From the IMG/VR virus record IMGVR_UViG_3300011437_000001: 64,000 nucleotides of DNA; one strand, written 5' to 3'. A program made the translations under genes and the position numbers. Source of the DNA: an uncultured virus (IMG/VR IMGVR_UViG_3300011437_000001). Its lineage: Duplodnaviria > Heunggongvirae > Uroviricota > Caudoviricetes. The notes below the pieces were generated by a model, which was not told where the DNA came from, did not search any database, and was given only the letters and a program-made list of their open reading frames with translations. Shown here piece by piece: positions 47,701 through 56,700 of this stretch; position 1 is the first letter of the stretch, and the number at the start of each line of letters is the position of its first letter.

Positions 47701-48924
47701 GGCGCACAGACGCTCACCAACAAGTCGATCGTTGCCAGCCAGTTGACCGGCGCCGTGGCCATCGCCAACGGCGGCACGGGCCAGACGGCACAGACCGCGG
47801 CCTTTGACGCTTTGGCCCCCACCACCACCAAGGGCGACCTGATCGCGCACGACGGCACGGACAACGTGCGGCTGGTCAAGGGCACCGACGGGCAAGTGCT
47901 GGTCGCCGATTCGACGGCAACGGCAGGGGTCAAGTGGGACGACATGGGAGTAGGCGAGATCAGTGTTCTCGACCTGAACTCCGCACAGGACGTTGTGGCG
48001 GCCGGCAGCACCGAAGAGACGATTTACACCTACACCGTGCCTGCCAACACGCTCAGTGCCAACGGCATGCACCTTGAGCTGGAGGCGATGGGCACCTTCG
48101 CCAACACCAGCAACACCAAGACGCTGCGCATCTATTGGGGCGGCACGCTGCTCTTTACCTTCACGCATTCGGTTACGGCCTTCTCCGACGACTGGTATCT
48201 CAAATGCGTCATCGTTCGCACCGGGGCCAGTACGCAGAAGTGTGTCGCCTTTGTCGTGGTGGATCACGCCGAAGGTCACGCGATCTACGCCTCCGCCTCC
48301 AAGGATCTGACGGCCAATCAGGCGCTGGAGATCCGCGGCGAGGCGACGGCGGCATCGAACCTGGCCAAGGAGTGCGCCAAGGTTTCGCTGGTGGACCCCA
48401 CGGCGCAGAGCGGGGCCGTCGGTCGCTACTGGACCAAGGAATGGGACCCCGGCATGGTGACGAATCCCGCCAGCGCCTTCGCGGATTTCGGCGTTCAAAA
48501 CAACCGGGACGTTAACGCTTTCGATAAGAACACCGACGAGAGCGTGATCCTGGAGGGCATCGTGCCCTCCAAGTTCCGTGGTACGGGCACTCTTAAGCTG
48601 CGAATGCTGGCCATGTCCAGCACCACCACGGCGGCGGACGACGCGCGCATCGACGTGGTGACGGAGTTCCGCACGCCGGGGCAGAGCGAGTCGGGCAACA
48701 TCGACAACTTCGACGGCACGGCGGACAGCGGCACGTTCACCTTCTCCACCACAGCCTACTCGATTCAAGAGTTAATCATCACGCTTACCCCGGCGACAAC
48801 GCCTGCCGCTGGCGATCTGTTTCGCATCAAAGTCACCCGCGACGCCGACAACGCATCCAGCTTGGATTCGCTCGACGCGGATTTGCTGGTGCTCGGTTAC
48901 GAGTTTTACGAGGAAGTACCTTAA
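44755..48924 (+). CDS. Long tail fibre-like protein (1389 aa)
   Basis: Repeated fibre modules (LIDDADATAARATLGLVIGT.VQA, NIDHGSIGGLADDDHT x2, QTLTNK x2, IANGGTGQT). Confidence 0.78.
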   Translation: MPTRVSGFVVDSTGLPVSGASVTPRASDGSSATPVTTDSAGYFAAAGLADKTWTGTVSNASWRVQFPMERWIQDDIHNQLNTLNAHDFAHLRGKLIAGQVDSESATASQVLSANGAGQASWAGIVAVGGAPSTRTLTAGSGLSGGGDLSADRTFDVNVDGSTIEIDADTLRVKAAGILASHIGDAELAALAGLTSAADRLPYFTGPGAAALADFTTFARTLIDDADATAARATLGLVIGTNVQAFDNTLTELAAVAGVQGDLLYADGTDSWTRLAKDANATRYLSNTGTTNNPAWAQVNLANGVTGDLPFANLTQGSALSVLGVTGNATDDVASIVAGSDHQVLRRSGTALAFGAVNLASANAITGNLPVANLNSGTDASASTFWCGDGTWATPAGGVNTFANITDGTTTAAADSATDTFKLRSASNLLTIACQNDDATHGDNALFTVNQANIDHGSIGGLADDDHTIYYLADGSRELTGNITIPSADPTLLVKRGSATLLQITSSDSSVNFPVTQSSIAAADVLFGALGSDTNININIVPKGTGIVKLGGVEGVTISGTQTLTNKTLTAPTIADYTNAGHDHLDADDGGVLTLPAVGIANSSTVGQVLRVTGASTYAWGALDLADTDAVTGALPLANIVQIATDKLLGRVSASTGVIEEVTFTDFAQSLVDDVDAAAARTTLGLVIGTDVQAYDSDLAAIAALATTEGFYRKTGAGTVVVHKSNLAAAVDPTVNEDSGDGYSVGSVWINTTADKVFFAADVAVGAAVWKEAGGGGGGNSFATIDCPSGTDPVADSATDTLQLLAGSTKMSITGDSAADSITFDVVEANIDHGSIGGLADDDHTQYLLAAGTRALTGNWDTGAFKVITKQLDLGLGYDSENNLNVEAKDGNADVSTIATWRRGRSGANGAAGLGLRHNMQIENSAGAFHDAAYLDVAWDDATDTSEDASLTISLFTGGSATECLKLTGTAGTLGTVPIVTTSGAQTLTNKSIVASQLTGAVAIANGGTGQTAQTAAFDALAPTTTKGDLIAHDGTDNVRLVKGTDGQVLVADSTATAGVKWDDMGVGEISVLDLNSAQDVVAAGSTEETIYTYTVPANTLSANGMHLELEAMGTFANTSNTKTLRIYWGGTLLFTFTHSVTAFSDDWYLKCVIVRTGASTQKCVAFVVVDHAEGHAIYASASKDLTANQALEIRGEATAASNLAKECAKVSLVDPTAQSGAVGRYWTKEWDPGMVTNPASAFADFGVQNNRDVNAFDKNTDESVILEGIVPSKFRGTGTLKLRMLAMSSTTTAADDARIDVVTEFRTPGQSESGNIDNFDGTADSGTFTFSTTAYSIQELIITLTPATTPAAGDLFRIKVTRDADNASSLDSLDADLLVLGYEFYEEVP
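46103..47286 (+). repeat. Exact 53-bp direct repeat (46103-46155 and 47234-47286) within the fibre gene
   Basis: AGGCCAACATCGACCACGGCTCGATCGGCGGACTCGCGGACGACGACCACACC at both positions. Confidence 0.85.
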
Positions 48925-48942
48925 CCAAAGAAGGAGATTCAA

Positions 48943-49188
48943 ATGAGGACCATCATCGGCTTGCTGTTCACCATCTGTTTGACCGGCTGTGCCAACCACT
49001 GCACAAAGCCAGGCACGACGGCCAAGGCCAAGGTAATCGAGAGCGACTGGTCACTGTCGTGGTGCTGCCAGCAGAACGCCTGCTGGTACAAACCGAGTTG
49101 CAACGATCCGCTTGCCAGTGAGTCGAATTGTCTCGGCACCTGCCATGCCACGCGGGCGGACTGCCTGACGTATTGTCTGCCGGAGTAG
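48943..49188 (+). CDS. Cys-rich putative lipoprotein
   Basis: AAGGAG RBS; LTGC lipobox; many further Cys. Confidence 0.7.
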   Translation: MRTIIGLLFTICLTGCANHCTKPGTTAKAKVIESDWSLSWCCQQNACWYKPSCNDPLASESNCLGTCHATRADCLTYCLPE

Positions 49189-49191
49189 CTC

Positions 49192-49941
49192 GTGGCTATT
49201 GACTTCGACGGGACGAATGACGGCCTCGACGTGGACATTTCTGCGTTCGGGGCCACCATTTCTTCGATCTTCCTGCACGGATATTTCCACTACGATACGG
49301 CAGGTACGATACGCAACATCGTTCGCTTTCGGGACAGTGGCGATAACACGAAATTCGTTCGCCTCACGCGAACATCTGGTACGGTAACCCTGCGCATCCA
49401 GAACGGCACTGGCAATCAGAGAAATTATGGAATTTCCGGCTTGTCGGCAGGCACTTGGTACGGGTTCCAGATGTACGCCATCGGCACTTCGGGCACATTG
49501 TACTCGGGCCTGAGGATTTGGAATAACAACACCATCGCGGGGGCATGGGACACCGTAGACCCGGACGCCGGGACGCCGTTGGTACCGAGCAACCTAGATA
49601 CCTGCCATTTCGGGTACAACGGACTGGGGCTTGAGTTTTGGGACGGGCGGCTTGCGGAGTTCTGGCTTCATACTGCCTTCGACCCCGAGGGCACTACTGG
49701 AGACTCTACCGGAGTTCCACTGGCTAATGCTTTGGGCAACAACAACTCTCCGCTGTACATAATGTCACCAGTTTATGATTATTTTGGGGCACTATGGCAC
49801 TACTGGCCGATGCGCTCCGCTTCGCACCTGACCGACGTGTTCAACAAGGCCGCGCTGACGCTGGTGGATGCACCGGCAAGCCATCTGAGTCACCCCAAAA
49901 TCAAGGCCCGACGATTCGGCAGGTCGGCCGTTGTTCGATAG
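49192..49941 (+). CDS. LamG/concanavalin-like jelly-roll protein (putative receptor binding)
   Basis: AIDFDGTNDGL, GTWY, FWDGRLAEF and LWHYWPM motifs. Confidence 0.65.
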   Translation: MAIDFDGTNDGLDVDISAFGATISSIFLHGYFHYDTAGTIRNIVRFRDSGDNTKFVRLTRTSGTVTLRIQNGTGNQRNYGISGLSAGTWYGFQMYAIGTSGTLYSGLRIWNNNTIAGAWDTVDPDAGTPLVPSNLDTCHFGYNGLGLEFWDGRLAEFWLHTAFDPEGTTGDSTGVPLANALGNNNSPLYIMSPVYDYFGALWHYWPMRSASHLTDVFNKAALTLVDAPASHLSHPKIKARRFGRSAVVR

Positions 49942-49951
49942 GTAAAAACCC

Positions 49952-50353
49952 ATGGCCACCAAGCGCGAAAAAACCATCCTGATCGAGTTCTTCAAGACGG
50001 GCACGCTGCCCACCGGCGCGCAGTTCGAGGAGCTGATCGTCAGCCTGGAGGATTGCCTGCCGCCCAAGACGCTGGAAGTGGTCAGCGGAGCGGTCACCAG
50101 AACGCAGCGCATGCACCGCGTGGACACCGAGAACCTCGCGTCCACCGATGACCTGACCACCATCAACGGCATGCTGGACGGGGAGATCATCATTCTGAGC
50201 TGCGCCAATCCGGCGCGGCCTGTCACCGTAAAGAGTACGGACAATGTCGATATTGCCAGTGACATGGTGCTCGATGCCTGGCGAAAGAACATCGGCTTGT
50301 TCTACAACGGCTCGCAAGGCAAGCTGAACGAGCTTTGGAGGAACGCAACATGA
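49952..50353 (+). CDS. Hypothetical virion-associated protein
   Basis: FKTGTLPTGAQFEELIVSL and STDDLTTINGMLDGEIIIL. Confidence 0.6.
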   Translation: MATKREKTILIEFFKTGTLPTGAQFEELIVSLEDCLPPKTLEVVSGAVTRTQRMHRVDTENLASTDDLTTINGMLDGEIIILSCANPARPVTVKSTDNVDIASDMVLDAWRKNIGLFYNGSQGKLNELWRNAT

Positions 50354-50793
50354 ACCAGAACTTCGGCGGCTACTCGCCGCAGACAATGCAATCGTCGTCG
50401 CCGCAGGGTGCAAACCCCATGCGGCAGAACCCGTTCCGCCAGGACTTCCTGGGTGGACTGCGACAACGCTTCCCCGGCCTGCCGTGGGGACAATCGGCTG
50501 GCGGAGGCATGGGCGGAGGCGCAGGCGGCACGTTCGCAGCGAACAAGCCGCCGAACTTCCTGGGCCACAGCCAGGGCGCGGCGGAGTTTAACGGTGTCGA
50601 TGGAGCGCTCATGGACGGATGGCTGGGAGGCATGGACCCTCAGGTCGCCCAGACCTACCTCATGGAGCAGCAAAGTTTGGCGAGGCAAAACGCTCTGGCG
50701 CAGCAATATTTTAACGAATGGCGCAACATGATGAATAGCGCATACAACCAGTCGGCAAGCATGCTGCGCAACGCCGGGCAATTCATCGTCTAA
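50350..50793 (+). CDS. Gln/Gly/Met-rich protein, putative ejection/core protein
   Basis: Low-complexity composition; position after the tail genes. Confidence 0.5.
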   Translation: MNQNFGGYSPQTMQSSSPQGANPMRQNPFRQDFLGGLRQRFPGLPWGQSAGGGMGGGAGGTFAANKPPNFLGHSQGAAEFNGVDGALMDGWLGGMDPQVAQTYLMEQQSLARQNALAQQYFNEWRNMMNSAYNQSASMLRNAGQFIV

Positions 50794-50813
50794 GCAAAGA
50801 GAGGGCAGTCACA

Positions 50814-51644
50814 ATGGCATCTTCGGAATTTGGCAATTGGGGCTTCGGCGACCCCTCCTCGTTCTCGGGAACAGATCCAACCGGAACATTCGGGCAGAAC
50901 GCATGGGAGAAGAGCGCCGGGGATTTCAGTGGACGGCGCGACAGCCATCCATTCGCCGGAACGGATTCTTCGGATTCCAGCTTTCAGCCGCCACCGTGGA
51001 TTGCTGAACAGCGCGAAAGGGTGAGGCAGTTTTTTCAGGAGAGAATGGATCCCAGCTACAGCATGTTCTCGCCCCAAGCTCGCGACTCAGCCGCGCGACA
51101 AGTTGGTGCCGGCGTGGCCACCAACGAGCGCCGCATGCGTGACTCGTTCGCGTCTCGCGGCATCAGCGGCGGCGGGATCGGGGAGCAATCCGTTGGCGCC
51201 ATGCGGAACCAAGGAAATCTTGGTTTGCAGGATATCTACGCGCAAATGTCCGTGCAGGATGAAGGACAGAGGACGGCCGCCGCACAAGCGATGGATAACA
51301 TTGCGCGATACGGGAACGACACCGCGTTGCGCCTGTACGAAGCCCAACTGAACCTGCCCACGCAGCAGGCGGCAGCCATGAGTGGGCCGATTCTTGCTGG
51401 ACCAGATTTGCAGTTTTCCGATCCAGCGACGTGGTTCGGCATCGGCCAAGACAAGGAATTGCTCGACATGAGCATCCAGCAGGCAATGGACGAAGGCTTG
51501 CTCAGTGGACAAGACCTGCTCGGCATGGGCCTCGAAGGTCTAGGCGCTGACGTATCAATCGGCACGTTGATCCCGGTGATGGGAATCGGATGGGTGATGT
51601 CGTTGATGGATCGTCGCAACGCCAAGCTTGGAGGGTATAGCTAA
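50814..51644 (+). CDS. Putative DNA ejection/pilot protein
   Basis: FASRGISGGG motif; hydrophobic C-terminal segment. Confidence 0.55.
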   Translation: MASSEFGNWGFGDPSSFSGTDPTGTFGQNAWEKSAGDFSGRRDSHPFAGTDSSDSSFQPPPWIAEQRERVRQFFQERMDPSYSMFSPQARDSAARQVGAGVATNERRMRDSFASRGISGGGIGEQSVGAMRNQGNLGLQDIYAQMSVQDEGQRTAAAQAMDNIARYGNDTALRLYEAQLNLPTQQAAAMSGPILAGPDLQFSDPATWFGIGQDKELLDMSIQQAMDEGLLSGQDLLGMGLEGLGADVSIGTLIPVMGIGWVMSLMDRRNAKLGGYS

Positions 51645-52399
51645 TGCCAATCACCCGAGGAACGCCGGGCTCGCGCGGCCTGTCGGGCCACATGGGCGCA
51701 CTTGCGAGTGGCCCCTTGAATTACGCGCTGCAAATGCCTGCGCACAACAAGGCGCGCATGATGGATTCCATCTCGCGCTTCTTCCAGGCCCAGCAAGCCA
51801 AGCGTGAGGCGCGCAAAGCTGAGCGCGGCGGCGGCGGACCTGCCGGCGCTGCGATCGGTGCTGTCGCTGGTGCCGTGCTTGCCCCCTTCACCTTCGGCGC
51901 GAGCTTGGCCGCTGTTCCCGCCATGGCTTCCGCAGGCGCGAGCATTGGCGGCGCGGTTGGCAGCTACGCCAAGCCCGCCGGTTCGCCGCAGGCGCAGGCC
52001 CGCGACGACGCCATGACGGGCATGATCGGCGGCGCTCTTGCTCCGCTGGGCGCTGGCCTTGCCGGCGGTTTCGCGGCCAAGGCCAATCCGCGCAGCACGA
52101 TGAGTTCCACGCCCACGGGGACGGTCGAGGGGATCACCGGCAGCGACGAGATCGGCACCATGGTGGACGATTCCGGCGAAGCCATCGGCAGCATGACCGA
52201 GCCGCGCACGGAAGCCATCGGCACCACGGTGCAGCCCATCAAGATCACGGAAGAGAACCCGTTCCGCCGCGGCTTCCAGGATGTGTACCAGGGTGCCGAG
52301 CATCTGCGCAACACGAACCCGTTCTTGGGGCAGTTCACTCCATGGCCGCAGCAGGAACTGATTCCCTCGAAGCGCTACGGCGGATTCAATCAGAACTAA
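51644..52399 (+). CDS. Putative ejection protein with Gly-zipper hydrophobic helices
   Basis: GAAIGAVAGAVLAPFTFGASL...GASIGGAVG. Confidence 0.6.
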   Translation: MPITRGTPGSRGLSGHMGALASGPLNYALQMPAHNKARMMDSISRFFQAQQAKREARKAERGGGGPAGAAIGAVAGAVLAPFTFGASLAAVPAMASAGASIGGAVGSYAKPAGSPQAQARDDAMTGMIGGALAPLGAGLAGGFAAKANPRSTMSSTPTGTVEGITGSDEIGTMVDDSGEAIGSMTEPRTEAIGTTVQPIKITEENPFRRGFQDVYQGAEHLRNTNPFLGQFTPWPQQELIPSKRYGGFNQN

Positions 52400-52417
52400 G
52401 AGGAGGTCGATTCACCA

Positions 52418-53782
52418 ATGCCCGCGACCGCACCTTACCAGCCCATCACCCCCAACGGTTCGCCTGACTTTCCGCAGGCGAACCTTTCCACGCGACCCGA
52501 GTGGGACGACTTCGATCGCCCGGAGTTTGCGCCAGAGCCGCAGGCCCCGCAGCGGCCGCCGACCATGTACCCCGGCGCGGCGGACATGTACGCCCGCGAA
52601 CAGCAGGTGATGAACGGCGGCGCCGGAGGCATGGGCGCGCCGTCGGGCGGCGATCCGGCGCAGGAGTTTTACCAGCGGCTGATGGAGGCCCAGGAGTTCA
52701 TCGCCATGCACCGCGAGGCGCAGGCTCCGCTCCCGCAGGCACCAAACGTGCCGACTCCGCCGCGCATGATGGATTTCGCGGAGTGGGCAGACCAGAAGTA
52801 CCCGGAATTTGCCGGGCGTTACGTTACCCCGGAACTGGCGCGCACGATTCGCGCTCAGTACGAGTCCGAGATGGAAATGGCCCAGCAGATGTACGCCAAC
52901 GATATGGACCGCTTCGGCGCGGAGATCGAGGCGGCCAAGTTCCTGATGGGCGGCGGTGGTCGAGGCGGTCGCGGCGGCGACGGCAATCCACTGGCTGACG
53001 CCATGGAGATGATGAAGCTGCAAAAGGACTTCATGCCCGAGCAGCCGGAAGCGCCGGGGAGCATCGATGCCTGGCTCGCGGGCAACCTGAACGAAGGCAA
53101 AACTCCGCAAGAAGTCGGCGGCATGCGCCGGAACATCATGGGTATGGAAGGCGGCGAAGAGGACGACGGCCTGATGACCGGCATGGCCAAGGGTCGCACC
53201 GCCGATCACCTGTGGTGGCAGATGACCCTCTCCGCCATGGGCTACAACAGTCCGCAAGACATCCCCGCGGAGAAGCGGCAGCAGGTGCTCACGTCGCTGA
53301 TGAAGGACTTCCAGCAGTGGAAAACGCGCCCCGACAAGTTCGACGCGCTGGCTCTCGCCGGCAAGATGATGGGCGGCGGCCTGGAGTTCACCGACGAAGA
53401 GATCGAGCAGCAGTTCGGACCCGGCACCGCGCCGCTCATTCGCAAGCGGCTGATGGAGCAGTTGCAGGGCGGCAGCGGCCAGCTACCGCAGGGGCCAACC
53501 CCTGCGACTGAGTCGTTACCGCAGGGGTTCCCGGGCATGCAAGCGCCTCCCGCCATGCCCGCGATGCAATCCGGCGCACCCAACCCGTTCCCGGACCCGG
53601 AAGTGGACCTTGCCCCCGTTGCGGAGTTTCTGGAAGCTGTCCGCGGCGGGGAGATCAACCTTGACGAAGCCATGGAAGCCATCGTGACCGCTGTTGCCGA
53701 TGGGACGATCGACCGCAACACGGGCCGCGCGGCCATGGCAGAACTCCGCAAGATTCGTCCGCCCACCGGTCAGCAACCGTAA
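52418..53782 (+). CDS. Putative internal virion protein
   Basis: GAGGAGG RBS; Pro/Met-rich, helical. Confidence 0.55.
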   Translation: MPATAPYQPITPNGSPDFPQANLSTRPEWDDFDRPEFAPEPQAPQRPPTMYPGAADMYAREQQVMNGGAGGMGAPSGGDPAQEFYQRLMEAQEFIAMHREAQAPLPQAPNVPTPPRMMDFAEWADQKYPEFAGRYVTPELARTIRAQYESEMEMAQQMYANDMDRFGAEIEAAKFLMGGGGRGGRGGDGNPLADAMEMMKLQKDFMPEQPEAPGSIDAWLAGNLNEGKTPQEVGGMRRNIMGMEGGEEDDGLMTGMAKGRTADHLWWQMTLSAMGYNSPQDIPAEKRQQVLTSLMKDFQQWKTRPDKFDALALAGKMMGGGLEFTDEEIEQQFGPGTAPLIRKRLMEQLQGGSGQLPQGPTPATESLPQGFPGMQAPPAMPAMQSGAPNPFPDPEVDLAPVAEFLEAVRGGEINLDEAMEAIVTAVADGTIDRNTGRAAMAELRKIRPPTGQQP

Positions 53783-56700
53783 TGCCCAACGACAACCCGT
53801 TCATCGTTAAGCCCACCTTCGACGAACTCGTCCAAGGTGAGAAGATGCTCCAGGTCGCGGAGCGCGCTTACCGTGCGCGCTACGAGCACGCCGAGCGCGA
53901 AGCCGCCAAGCCCAAGCCGCCGCCGGAAAAGAAGGGCTTTTTCCGCAAAGCTCGCGACATCGCCGTCGAAGGCGCGTCCCACACCCTGCCCGGGCAGATC
54001 GCGCAACTCGCCGCCGGCGTGCAACTCACGCCCGAGACGATGGGCACTGAGGACCTCGGCACCGTGGGACGCGGCATGGCGGGCATCGGCGGCTTTGCGG
54101 CGGACCCCGTAACCTGGGGCAGCATGGGCTTGGGGCGTCTGGCCGGCGGTGCAGCCATGAAGGGCGCAGCCACCATACTCGGCGAGAAGGGCATGCAGAA
54201 GGTCGCCGAGTCCGGGCTGAAGCGCCTGGCGCTGAAGGGTGCGACTGCTGCTCCCGCCGGCGCGACCACACTGGCCGGCATCGAAGCGGTCAAGAACCCG
54301 TTCGCGCAACTCATCGCCACGGGCGAATACAGCCCGGGCGAGCACGCCAAGGAAACACTCAAGAGCGCGGCACTCGGCGGCGCTGCGGGAGCCGCTGGTG
54401 CGTTGCCCATGGTCGGCTTGCCGGCGGAAGTCGCCACCTTCGCGGTGGGCGAACCGCTGCTGCACGGCGAAATGCCAGACCAAGAGGATTGGCTGAACGC
54501 GGCCATGACCATCGGCGGTTTGCGTGCCGCGGGCATCGTGACGCGGGGGATGAAGGATGTCGCCGCCCGCACCCCGCCCAAGGAAGTGGCGAAGAACATC
54601 CTCCGCGAGATGGACCCGCGCGAGGGCCTGTTCGTGTTCCGCGCCGCCCAGCACGCCCGGGCCCAGCGGGAGAACGCCTACAAGTACGCGCCGCCGGAAG
54701 GCACCAACGGGCGCTACGAGCCCATCCCCGTCACCTTGACGCCCGACGGCAAGCCCGCCAAAGGCACCAAGTGGGCGGTGCGGGATAAAGACGCCGACCG
54801 CATCGACGCCAAGCAGTACGACAACTTCCTCGATGCGGCGAGCTCGGCGGACAAGGTGAACTTCACCGTCGCCGATCAGCCCAACCTCACGGCCAAGTCG
54901 CCGCTGGAAGTGGCGGAGCCGGGGCCTGTAGGTACCAGCGCTGCCCCACGGGGTCCGACGGCGGAAACGCCGACGCAGGCTCCGGCTCCCGCTACTCCGC
55001 CGGCCAAGCCCACCTTCCGCCAGTTCGTCGAGTCCAAAGGGTTCAAGTTGCCCGAGGGGAAGCCGACTCCCGAGCAGGTAGCCCAGATCAAGGCGTTCAA
55101 GGCGGAATACGACGCCATCGGCGTTAAACCTGTCAGCACCACTGAACAGCCTCTAAAAACGCCGCAAACGGCCCAAGGAGCAACGCAGGCCGTTCCGAGT
55201 CCAACCGCACAGGGTAAGCCCGTAGAACCTCTTGGCGCAAGCGGGATCGATAAATTCGAGCTAAGCCAAGAGTCAGCCGTTGGTCAGCCTGCACCGGTAG
55301 TGCCAAAAACCAAGCCGGTCACGAAAAAGGCCATCGGCCAGGGCGTTAAGGATGCCCGTTCGGAGGTCCAGAAGCTCTACCAGCGGCACCGGGAGGTCAT
55401 CGACGGGGAAGAGCCGGGGGTGCGTGACCGGGCCTTGTCCGAAGAGGCCAACGTCGAAACCGCCCTGCGGCCTGGGTACTCCTTCAAGCAAGGGTACGAG
55501 TCCCAGGCCAAGGAACTCCAGGAGCGGCTGCCGGCTGACCTGCGGAAGAACGTGCGGGTGGTGAAAAAGGGTTCGCCCAACTACCAGTCCGCCGACGGCC
55601 AGGACGTGTTCGCCGGCGTGGGCACGGACAAGATGGCGGAGTCCATCATCCGCTACGCCGAGCAGGCCCCGGGGCGCAACAATGCGGCCGCCCTCGATCG
55701 CACCATCCAGTTCGCCAAGTCCAACCCGGAGATGTTCACCCCGGAAGAGCATGGGGTGATCAAGAACTACGAGCAGTCGCGCGTCGGCGAAGGCGTGGAA
55801 CCCATCGCGGCTGAGCAGCTCAAGGTCGGCGACCAGTTCGAGATCCAGGGCAAGCCACACAAGGTGGAGGGGATCAGCCCGGACACCGGCAAAGTCAAGA
55901 TCACCGACGACATCGATATCGACCTGCCGGCCAGGGGCAAGGTGTTTGCGGATAAGGGGAGCCTGCGAGAGAAGCCGGCGAGCGTGGAGTTTGACCCCTT
56001 CGAGATTGAAGAGAACCCCTTCCGGCAGGAAGCCGCGATTCCCCCCCGCACCTCCGAGACCATGGGCGAAGCCATCGCCCTGTCGTCTCCGTCGGGCAAG
56101 ATCAGCAAACGCGCCAAGCAAGCCGCAGAGCAGCGGCTGGGCGAAAAGCTGTTCGGCAAAGAGGGATTGCAGCGAACGCAGCCGGAGCAGCCAGCACCAG
56201 CAGAAGCCGCCGCACGCAAAGCCAAGGAGTTGCGCGACCTTGCGGCGCGAGGCATGAAGCCCAAGGCGTACGCGAAGGAAGCCGCGCGGCTGGAAGCTGA
56301 AGCCGCCAAGCCTCAGGAAATCGAATACTTCAAGGGCGACAGGATTCAGTACACCGGCAAGGTGACCCCCGAAGGCTGGCGTGAGTTCGTCTACCTGGAA
56401 GGTGCCAAGAAGGGGCAGACCGGCGTTGCGCCCACGGCGGAGATGATCGCCAAGGATCGCGCGCAGCGGCAGAAGGAAGAGGCGGACATGCAAGCCGGGT
56501 TCCGCCGGCTCGCAGAATCGCAGAAGAAGGAAACCCGCCAGCCCAAGCAGATCATCGAGGACACGGTAGCCGAGAATCTGGCCGCCGCGGGCAAGAGCGA
56601 CCCGGTGACGTTCACTGACGGCACGCGCACGCTGCAACTGTGGAAGAGCAAAACGCTGGCCGGCACGCGCTACACGATCGCGGAGCTCAAGGACGGGAAG

